Assembly (NCBI GenBank): GCA_046761065.1
Contig: JBHIFL010000102.1
Coordinates: 1 to 12,241 of the forward strand
DNA from: Candidatus Heimdallarchaeota archaeon
Lineage (GTDB): Archaea > Asgardarchaeota > Wukongarchaeia > Wukongarchaeales > JBHIFL01
DNA length: 12,241 nt
Reading direction: 5' to 3'
Shown here: piece after piece, positions 1-7,372 of the stretch
How the letters are laid out: every line of letters starts with the position of its first letter
Position numbering within the stretch: the stretch's first letter is position 1
Program-made: the position numbers and the translations under genes
Notes under the pieces: generated by a model
Database searches by the model: none
Seen by the model: the letters and a program-made list of their open reading frames with translations, nothing else
What the model was told of the DNA's origin: nothing

Positions 1-83
1 TCATAATATCTAGATATATATCTCCCCCTCATTGTGGGTGTAACAGAGTACTAGGCTTTTTTCTTTACAAAGATTATATAGTG

Positions 84-362
84 TTAGAGGTTAATTATAC
101 CTATTAATAAGGCGCGATATAAACTAAGAATTTTAAAGAGAGAATCGGCGATTGATCTCCCAAAAACCAAAACTGACACCACTTTTAACGGCAATAGGTG
201 AATTTTGGCAATAAAAGTACGGATGATACCTGATTCCTTTAGCGTTTGGATTCTCTTATACACTGTGTTGACAGATAAACCTAGCTTGTCGGTGAGTTTT
301 CTGTAGGGGGTTTGAGAATTCGTCATTAAAAGCTTAATTAAGGCTATATCTGTCACGTCCAT
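84..362 (-). pseudogene. Lrp/AsnC-family winged-HTH transcriptional regulator, apparently C-terminally truncated (92 aa)
   Basis: From the ATG at 362 (GGGAG about 11 nt upstream) it reads MDVTDIALIKLLMTNSQTPYRKLTDKLGLSVNTVYKRIQTLKESGIIRTF, matching the Lrp/AsnC HTH pattern (D..D..I...L..N.R....LA..LG.S...V..RI..L...GII..F). Similarity fades after VLVFGRS, with no complete effector-binding (RAM) domain. The track start at 467 is probably spurious. Confidence 0.65.
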
Positions 363-473
363 TACGAACGAACTCCCTACAATCATCATAACTAGGTATC
401 TAAAAGCAATGGAATGGAATAATGTTAAACTATTTATTCTTAAAAAAGTACAAAAAGAAGAAATCAACTAGAA

Positions 474-977
474 TTACGCATAAAACATTTTATCTAATTC
501 AGTACCTTCGAAAATATCTGCTGTTGTTCCCCGATTTTTAATAATAATTACATGGATAATTTGTTCTGCAGTCTCATCAGTAATTCCTACTGCTTGCTGT
601 AATTTTTCCAAAAATTCTTTTTCTCGAGGATCAACTATCCCATCAGCTAAAACCACTTCAACTGCATTAGCAAAAGCAGTATCTCTCATATCTTTGTTAA
701 TAGTGTTTTTGGCGGCGGTTATGAGTGTTCCCACCCCTTCTTTCCGGATAATTTTCTGAAATCGAACTATTAAATTTTGAAATTGTACAGGGGTTAGTGT
801 CGCAAGGCCTTTGAATCTCGAAAGAATAAAATTTAATTGATGTAATTCTTCTGGTCTTATCTCTTCATCAGCTAACATGGCACTAAATATAATGGCAATG
901 AATGCCTCTTCGCTTGTCAAGCGTAAAACAGCTACCCTTGTGTCATTAACTTTAAAGGGTTTATCAAAAATCCCCAT
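474..977 (-). CDS. TerB-like (tellurite resistance TerB family) protein
   Basis: Two TerB-type acidic motifs: AMLADEEIRPEE and AVEVVLADGIVDPREKEFLEKLQQAVGI. The all-helical character fits. Likely start is the ATG at 977 (MGIFDK); the track uses a TTG at 989. Confidence 0.8.
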   Translation of the reverse strand: MGIFDKPFKVNDTRVAVLRLTSEEAFIAIIFSAMLADEEIRPEELHQLNFILSRFKGLATLTPVQFQNLIVRFQKIIRKEGVGTLITAAKNTINKDMRDTAFANAVEVVLADGIVDPREKEFLEKLQQAVGITDETAEQIIHVIIIKNRGTTADIFEGTELDKMFYA

Positions 978-1128
978 TCCCGCATACAAACTTAATTGTT
1001 TTACTTTAACTATAAAAACATTTTTCTAATTAAAAATTAATATAATTCTTCTGATTAAATATTAAAAAATAACAAAAATAACATTTTAGCTTAAATTAAG
1101 TCTATTAAAAATATAATGGAAGGAGATC

Positions 1129-2091
1129 CTAAAATAAGAGTACTTGTATAAATGGGGCGGTGAAATAACCAATAATCAAGAAAATGCCTGTCATCATATG
1201 GGTCATGATTGTCATAGCACTAGCTGGAATCATCTTTCCTGGTTCATTATAGAATGATTTGGCAAATATGTTTGCTTTTAATGCGAAAAGAATACCGGGA
1301 ATGAGGACAATCAGACAGGTGATAGGCATTTGGTTCAAAAACACCATGGCTACAACCCACACATATGGACCATACAATAAAACGGGGACGAACCGAATCG
1401 CAGTATCTCGTCCCATACGAACAACCAAGTTGTTTTTTCCAACTTGACCATCGGCTTCGATATCAGGGAACTCATTTATATAAATAACTGCAAAGATGAG
1501 AAGGCCGATAGGCACACTAGCTACAATGGGGGCCCATGAAAATTCAGACCCTTGGGCATAATACCCCCCAAGAGTGGCAAGAGGCCCAAAAAAGGTACCA
1601 ATGACCAACTCCCCCACTGCTCGATGAGAGAATATAATGGGTGGTGCGGAATAAAAGTAACCAAAAAATGTCGCAGCAACTGTCAAGATTAGAACCACCC
1701 AGCCTGTCAAAAAAGAGAGATAAACTGAGAGAGATATTGCAAGTAAGAAGTTAAAAATCGCGACTGTGTGGAGACTAGAAGGTTTCAATAAATTTTCAAC
1801 AAGAACGCGACTGCCTCCGTTAAATGGGCTGTAGAACTTATTGATGCGGTCTGTTCCATTAAATGTGTCCCAAAAATCGTTAGCTTGATTTGTCCCGCTA
1901 TGCAAAAGGATCCCAATGATCAGTGAGAGAAAAAAGTTAGTTACACTAAACTTCGACTGGCGTTGCCAGAAAATTGCTGCCCCCAAAACAATTGGGAGGA
2001 TCACTGCAGTAAAGAACCGCATTCGCGTTGCTCGAACCCAAATTTTTAATCGGTCGCGTAAAGGTGTAATTTCAGCAGCTTTTTGCATCAT
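1129..2091 (-). CDS. menA: 1,4-dihydroxy-2-naphthoate polyprenyltransferase (MenA, UbiA superfamily)
   Basis: 320 aa multi-TM protein with N-terminal W..ATR..F, first Asp-rich motif NQANDFWDTFNGTD, then GGSRVL, YFYSAPP...RAVGEL, and second motif NEFPDIEADGQVGKNNLVVRMG. Confidence 0.88.
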   Translation of the reverse strand: MMQKAAEITPLRDRLKIWVRATRMRFFTAVILPIVLGAAIFWQRQSKFSVTNFFLSLIIGILLHSGTNQANDFWDTFNGTDRINKFYSPFNGGSRVLVENLLKPSSLHTVAIFNFLLAISLSVYLSFLTGWVVLILTVAATFFGYFYSAPPIIFSHRAVGELVIGTFFGPLATLGGYYAQGSEFSWAPIVASVPIGLLIFAVIYINEFPDIEADGQVGKNNLVVRMGRDTAIRFVPVLLYGPYVWVVAMVFLNQMPITCLIVLIPGILFALKANIFAKSFYNEPGKMIPASAMTIMTHMMTGIFLIIGYFTAPFIQVLLF

Positions 2092-2177
2092 TTAAACCAA
2101 CTCAAAATTATGAGGTCTTAGCGCCAAAATGAGGAAGGGAATTTAAATTTACCTCAACGAAGCACTTCTTAATTATT

Positions 2178-2585
2178 TTATGTTTTTTCATTGATTAATG
2201 CCCTAATTTTCTTGCTTTTCTCAAGAAACATAACCAAAATCGTGTTCTTTACAGATCATGCTGGAAAACATTTAACTGGCATTTTCCCACAATTTAAAAA
2301 TACCTAATTTCAGAAAAGATTGGTAATTTGGCTAGCTGGCGAGTGAAAAGATGAAGAATGAAGTCAAGACGGAGGAAGGAAAAAATATTGCTGTGGGGCT
2401 TTCTGAGAATTTGCTCAAATTGAATGTGAAGATAGCCTCCGTGAACAGGGATTTGTTTCGGTAACAAGACTTTAGGACAATCAATGTCCTAGGATCTATT
2501 GTGATCAAGAAAGACCTCACTTGTTGCAGAGATAGTAAAACGGTTGAAGAAAGGATATCGACTCGTCTTTATTGTAGGAGACTTA
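2178..2585 (+). repeat. Diverged direct repeat, copy 1 (hypB upstream region plus first 78 codons)
   Basis: Aligns to 11389..11795 at offset 9211 with one 1-nt insertion. In the coding part I counted 43 substitutions over 234 nt by hand (~82% identity). Confidence 0.95.
2351..2585 (+). pseudogene. hypB: hypB 5' fragment pseudogene
   Basis: Reads MKNEVKTEEGKNIAVGLSENLLKLNVKIASVNRDLFR then TAA at 2462-2464 (AAA in the intact copy). A +1 insertion falls in the P-loop codons (attgtgatca vs attggatca), and homology ends after the ...GDL codons at 2585. Confidence 0.92.
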
Positions 2586-2702
2586 ATTCAAATAATAGTT
2601 TTAATTGTGTCTTTCTTGGTTTTTTTTAAATCCTCAATTTTTTTATAATCGAAAGAAGATGTGAAGATTATAATCTGGCTCATTTTTAGAATTCCAATAA
2701 AT

Positions 2703-2787
2703 AATTATTATTTAAGGTAGGCATCTAACAAGAATATTTTATATAATATAAGTTTAAGTCTTCTGATGCCTAATTTTTATAATAATT
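2703..2787. repeat. Imperfect inverted repeat, 23-bp arms with a 39-nt spacer
   Basis: aattattatttaaggtaggcatc (2703-2725) versus the reverse complement of 2765-2787 (aattattataaaaattaggcatc): 19/23 match. Confidence 0.55.
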
Positions 2788-3077
2788 TTATATACTTATT
2801 ATACATAAAGTAAAATATATACAATAAATCTGATTATGTGCGATATCTGAACAATATGAATAATTAATCTTCTATTTAGACCCTGAAATGGTGATTTGCT
2901 TTAAATCATGTCCATATTTGGAATTGCATTGACAGAGTTAATATTAAACAGACAAATAGGTATTGTCGAGACTGTTGCAAGAAAAACTGTGAAATGGGGC
3001 ACACAAAAGTGGTTTCACTTAGGGTTCGAGTGGGGATGTAATGAATTTAGATATCGCAACTTAAACATGACAACGTA

Positions 3078-4349
3078 ATGAAGTGGGATACAATGGACAA
3101 ACATCCAAATCCTCCTTTAGACTTATTTTCTCCCCTCGTATACAAATGGTCTGTTGAGGAGATATTTAGGAATCTATGGCCTTTCAACAAGTTTCGCCCT
3201 CCAACCAGCTTAATTATTTGTAGCCTGATCGTCACATTAATAGCAAGTGTCACTGGGTTTCTATACGCGGTTCCATTGGGAACTATCATTGCTGGGATTC
3301 TAGCCGCTCAAGCCATAATCTTTTGTTCTCTTCAAGTCACCAACTACGCGGATTCCATAAGGAACACCCAATTTGATGTCCTAAGTTCGGGGGGGCATGT
3401 ATATGCAAAATTGTTGGAAAAATACATAAGAACAACCTTTAGCGATTCGCATATTTTGATTGGAGTTGCTCTTATTACTGGAACACTCGCACACCTTTTC
3501 AATCGCACGTACGTGCTTAAAGAAGTTCTAGGTGGGATAAATTCAGTCTTGATGGTGTTTGTGCTTATCCTAACCCTTGGGGTTTGTTATAGTTATGGGC
3601 TAACTGTCTGGGCCTCTCTTGCTGCTTTTTGGCGTTCATGGACGATTCGATCCCTCTATCTGAAAGGCGTTCTCGACTTTTATCCCAATTTCACTCAGTT
3701 CAAACGCCTTGATCTTCAGAGTTTGTCCTTCATTGGGAGTTCGTGGTTCTTAATCCCTGCGGCTCGCTCCGATTTGGTCTTGTTATATGGAGTAATCTCT
3801 TATAATCTGACAATGCTTGGAACAGTTCTCGCTTCCTTGCTGCTTTCCTCCTCCATACCTCGCCTGCCCTCTGAAATCCGGAAACTTCTGCATAAGGGAC
3901 AGTTCATCTATATTGCCGCAGCTGACCCACAAACCAAGCACCCACATGTGACTCCCGTGATTTTTGTGTACGATGAATTCCATGTGTACTTTTATACCTC
4001 TCTCAAAGCGTACAAATATGCTCTCATGAGACAAAATAAGCGAATTGCACTTTTGATTCCCGAACCACAAGTGGAACATCTAGAAAAAATGGAGATGCTA
4101 ATATTAGAAGGATCCGTCGACATCTTAGGATTTGCCAAGACGCTTTTACTGTTGCCTCTATATATTAGGACATTTTTACTGATCCGAAGAAAATATCAAA
4201 CATATTGGCGGATATATCGGAAGAATAGCAAGTATTTGCCCCGAGCATGGCAAGTTAAGCCATTTTTGGATCGAGTTCTGTTACGGGTTAGACCGCGTAA
4301 ATTGACTTGGATTAAAACACCAAAAAAAATTACAGCGAGGTTGGATTAA
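3078..4349 (+). CDS. Multi-TM membrane protein fused to a C-terminal pyridoxamine 5'-phosphate oxidase-like (split beta-barrel, flavin/deazaflavin/heme-binding) domain
   Basis: About 6 hydrophobic segments in aa ~45-260. These are followed by EIRKLL...IYIAAADPQTKHPHVTPVIFVYD...YFYTSLKAYKYALMRQNKRIALLI...LILEG...RVLLRVRPRKLTW, the characteristic PNPOx-like pattern. The start could be 3093. Confidence 0.75.
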   Translation: MKWDTMDKHPNPPLDLFSPLVYKWSVEEIFRNLWPFNKFRPPTSLIICSLIVTLIASVTGFLYAVPLGTIIAGILAAQAIIFCSLQVTNYADSIRNTQFDVLSSGGHVYAKLLEKYIRTTFSDSHILIGVALITGTLAHLFNRTYVLKEVLGGINSVLMVFVLILTLGVCYSYGLTVWASLAAFWRSWTIRSLYLKGVLDFYPNFTQFKRLDLQSLSFIGSSWFLIPAARSDLVLLYGVISYNLTMLGTVLASLLLSSSIPRLPSEIRKLLHKGQFIYIAAADPQTKHPHVTPVIFVYDEFHVYFYTSLKAYKYALMRQNKRIALLIPEPQVEHLEKMEMLILEGSVDILGFAKTLLLLPLYIRTFLLIRRKYQTYWRIYRKNSKYLPRAWQVKPFLDRVLLRVRPRKLTWIKTPKKITARLD

Positions 4350-4849
4350 TGACCCAACCTATCCAGTCACATCATATTCCTCGCACCATTGAAACCTTAG
4401 TAAAACAAGCCAAGGTCGGAATTCTTACTACATGCTCGATGGATGCGCTTCCTCACCCTGCGATTATATTCTACTGTTACTACCCTATAGAAGATACCCT
4501 TTATTTCTTCACATCACGGACGACAAGAACTTTTCGATACCTTTGTCAGAACCCCAATGTGTCAGTTTGTATAGATCAACGTGACCTTCGTAATCCTATG
4601 AGAAACTTCGGGGTAATGCTCCGTGGGCTTGCGAAGCACATCAAAAATGAAGAAGAAATCAATCGTGTCCTTAAAGATCTTTTAAACAAAAAGTACCGTT
4701 CCCTTCCCAAGGATTCACAAAAGCTGAAAAAGAACTATTGGTGGCTTGTCCCACCAGACCGACGATGTTTCAGGCTTGAGATCACTACCATGGTCTGGTG
4801 GCGGGGTCCATATTTCAGGAAAATCCGAATACGACCTCAGAAAATTTAA
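4349..4849 (+). CDS. Pyridoxamine 5'-phosphate oxidase-like (split beta-barrel) family protein
   Basis: Motifs VGILTTCSMDALPH...LYFFTSRTTRTFRYLCQNPNVSVCID...GVMLRGLA...FRLEITTMVWW. The start overlaps the upstream stop (TAATG), with GAGG at 4337-4340. Confidence 0.82.
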   Translation: MTQPIQSHHIPRTIETLVKQAKVGILTTCSMDALPHPAIIFYCYYPIEDTLYFFTSRTTRTFRYLCQNPNVSVCIDQRDLRNPMRNFGVMLRGLAKHIKNEEEINRVLKDLLNKKYRSLPKDSQKLKKNYWWLVPPDRRCFRLEITTMVWWRGPYFRKIRIRPQKI

Positions 4850-5317
4850 TTATCTCTTTGAAGATGTTGTCAGAATGCTAATATGATGGAAATGATTCAA
4901 ATAATCGAAAGATATTATATGGTTTTTCTGTTGAATTTAATAACACAAATTCGAGGTAATATCGATAGAATTTACGGCACAGAGGACAAATTTGGTTGCC
5001 CCATTAGAGAAAATGATATCTACATCAGTTTTACATACTCATAGAAATATAAGAACTCTCCACTTCTTGTTATCAACATCCTGAACCGATATTCAAGTAG
5101 AACTTCATTTACCTATTTCGGGGGTCCTGGAATATTCTTTTAGAATATAAGTAAAAATGATTATTTTTGATAAACTAAATGTTTAATTAACATATTAAAT
5201 AATTCTAGTATAGTCCAGTATAATCAATATATACTAATGCATATGTATAATTGAATAAATACAAATATATATGAAAAAATGAAAGTTTGTCGTTATAAGT
5301 CGTATAGTAGGATTCGT

Positions 5318-5356
5318 CTTTATAGAACCTTTAATCTTCCAAACACTTCGCGAAGT
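5318..5356 (+). promoter_or_regulatory. Candidate promoter (TATA-like CTTTATA / CTTTAAT) and 12-bp palindrome upstream of the DOMON operon
   Basis: Perfect palindrome ACTTCGCGAAGT at 5345-5356, just downstream of the TATA-like elements and 32 nt before the ATG. Confidence 0.35.
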
Positions 5357-5388
5357 CGTCCATATTATTTTGAAAGAGATGACGAAAA

Positions 5389-6546
5389 ATGAAGAAAAGG
5401 ATGATGATCTTTTTTATTGGTCTCCTATTGATTTATTGGACTTCGAGTTCGAGCAGACAACTCACACAAGCTGTGGGCATTCCATACGTTGCAGATAATA
5501 AGGTAATCATAGATGGAACTATCGGTTCGGGGGAATACGTTGGGTCTTATCACGAGACGATAACAGATATGTACCTTTACTGGGAACATGATGGGACTAA
5601 CCTTTACATCGGGATGGAATCCCCAGGTACAGGTTGGGTCGGTATAGGGCTCGGGCCGCAAGGGGCAGGGATGGATGGTAGTAATATGATTGTGGGCTAT
5701 GTTGACGATGCAGGTAGTCTACTATTGCTGGACGAAGTTGGAGTCGGCTGGGAACATCATGAAGATACCACTCTTGGAGGTACGGATGATATCCTAGCTA
5801 AAGCAGGATCCGAGAGTAATGGGAAAACGATCATTGAATTCGTTTTTCCCTTGAATTCGGGGGATGAACTGGATCATTCATTCGAAGTGAGCGGTACCTA
5901 TGGGTTTTTTCTTGGCTATCAAGCCTCTGCAGACGATTTTACTTCATATCATACAAAACGATCTAAAACGATTGACATCTACATAATATCTGGCTCAACT
6001 GAGCTTCCTGAGCCGGAAACAAAGGTTAGCACAACCATAAGTATCAACGTACCTGCAAGTGTGATTGTAGATCAAGCGTTTACTGTAGTAGCAAGACTTC
6101 ACGATGAAATGGGAGCGCCGGTTGAAGGTGAACCCGTCGAGTTTTATCGGATCACAACATTTGGAAAGCTGGAATTAGGCCAAGTGATGACTAACTCGAA
6201 GGGAGACGCTACTCTGGAATGTCGAATGCGCATGGCTGGATCCGTGGAGTTCGAAGCTAGTTATGGTGGCTCCGCGAATCGGGGATCATCCAGTGCTAGC
6301 GTGTCTCTCCTCGTTCAACCGCTAATCCAAGAGGAACCAGCAAGGATCGCTCTTCCAGGAATTTCAATGGAGATTTCTACCGATCGTTTCATTTCCTTAC
6401 TTGGATTAGGAGTTATTTTTTGGGTTTTAGGGTCGGTCGCCCTCACTTTTGCGTATGTAGGCTATCAGATCATTTCTTTGTATAGGGAGAAAGAAAAACC
6501 AGATGAAGAGTTCGTAGAACCATTGAGGTATGAGTGGCGCAGATGA
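5389..6546 (+). CDS. Secreted, C-terminally membrane-anchored DOMON domain protein (predicted Met/His heme b) with an Ig-like stalk
   Basis: Signal peptide MKKRMMIFFIGLLLIYW. DOMON signature GWVGIGLGP..AGM95DGSNMIVGYV, and a His in the terminal region (FTSYH188). Pro/Glu linker, then an Ig-like domain (VVARLHDEMGAPVEGEPVEF...TNSKGDA...FEASYGG) and a TM helix at about aa 335-362. No CxxCH motif. Confidence 0.82.
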   Translation: MKKRMMIFFIGLLLIYWTSSSSRQLTQAVGIPYVADNKVIIDGTIGSGEYVGSYHETITDMYLYWEHDGTNLYIGMESPGTGWVGIGLGPQGAGMDGSNMIVGYVDDAGSLLLLDEVGVGWEHHEDTTLGGTDDILAKAGSESNGKTIIEFVFPLNSGDELDHSFEVSGTYGFFLGYQASADDFTSYHTKRSKTIDIYIISGSTELPEPETKVSTTISINVPASVIVDQAFTVVARLHDEMGAPVEGEPVEFYRITTFGKLELGQVMTNSKGDATLECRMRMAGSVEFEASYGGSANRGSSSASVSLLVQPLIQEEPARIALPGISMEISTDRFISLLGLGVIFWVLGSVALTFAYVGYQIISLYREKEKPDEEFVEPLRYEWRR

Positions 6547-7319
6547 ATTTGAGTCGTAGACGATTCCTAGGAGGCCTTGTAGCAGTAGGTTCAATAATCC
6601 TCTTAGGACAATTATTCTCCCGTGTTGGAGCGTTGAAGAATGGGCCCGTGGCAAGCAGATACTCAAAAACACAATCGGTGGGAAGCACAAAAAAATGGGG
6701 CATGTTGATCGATCTAATGCGATGCAATGGATGTAAAGCGTGTACGAGGGCTTGCAATCTAGCTCACAACGTACCAGAAGGTCAAGAGTGGATTAAGTGT
6801 TATATACTTGAAGAAAATCCCATGAGTGGTGAACATTTTTTTGTCCGCCCCTGCATGAACTGCCAAAATGCCCCCTGTATTAAAGTTTGCCCGGTCGGAG
6901 CATCATATTATAACGAAGAGGGCGTTGTCCTTATCGACAATAAACTCTGCATCGGGTGTCGATTTTGTATGGCAGCATGCCCATATGGGGCGCGGTACTT
7001 CAATTGGGGAGAACCTGAACAGGCTGCTAATAACCCCGATAATGAGAGTACGCCGGAATTTGCCAACATCCACATTAAAGGTACTGTTGAGAAATGTGAT
7101 TTTTGCGTTCATTTTGCTCGTGATGGGACTTTGCCGCCATGTGTAGTGGCATGCCCAACAAAAGCGATTTACTATGGTGACTTTGCCGAAAATGCGGTGT
7201 CAAATACTGATGAGACGATCCCACTGATGGAGACTCTTGAGCACAAATTTGGGTATCGGTTCAAGGAGGAACTAGGAACCGAGCCACGCGTGCACTACCT
7301 GCCTCCACGCAGGGATTGA
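6543..7319 (+). CDS. Tat-exported four-cluster [4Fe-4S] protein (NrfC/PsrB/DsrO/QrcC/ActB2 family)
   Basis: Tat motif SRRRFLG followed by a hydrophobic stretch. KKWGMLIDL then CNGCKACTRAC, CMNCQNAPCIKVCP, CIGCRFCMAACPYGAR and KCDFC...PPCVVACP (16 Cys), with C-terminal GTEPRVHY. The ATG at 6543 overlaps the DOMON stop (ATGA). Confidence 0.93.
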   Translation: MNLSRRRFLGGLVAVGSIILLGQLFSRVGALKNGPVASRYSKTQSVGSTKKWGMLIDLMRCNGCKACTRACNLAHNVPEGQEWIKCYILEENPMSGEHFFVRPCMNCQNAPCIKVCPVGASYYNEEGVVLIDNKLCIGCRFCMAACPYGARYFNWGEPEQAANNPDNESTPEFANIHIKGTVEKCDFCVHFARDGTLPPCVVACPTKAIYYGDFAENAVSNTDETIPLMETLEHKFGYRFKEELGTEPRVHYLPPRRD

Positions 7320-7372
7320 ATCTGAATAACCAGTTGGGGTGTCCTTCTGAATGCTATCGGTGATGATGACAT

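Noticed and set aside
474-977. Tellurite-resistance (ter) operon or defence system
   Set aside because: A single TerB-like gene with no terC/terD/terZ or other partners in the window.
2332-2520. Minus-strand 62-aa ORF similar to the minus-strand ORF at 11543..11821
   Set aside because: Both are antisense shadows of hypB and its pseudogene. Their similarity simply reflects the duplication.
4850-5140. Short ORF (~53 aa, +) and interrupted minus-strand frames in the spacer
   Set aside because: No recognisable motif. It may be a decayed gene but cannot be supported.
7095-7112. CDFCVH as a c-type heme site
   Set aside because: It is CxxCxH, not CxxCH, and these Cys are the standard Fe-S ligands of the NrfC fold.
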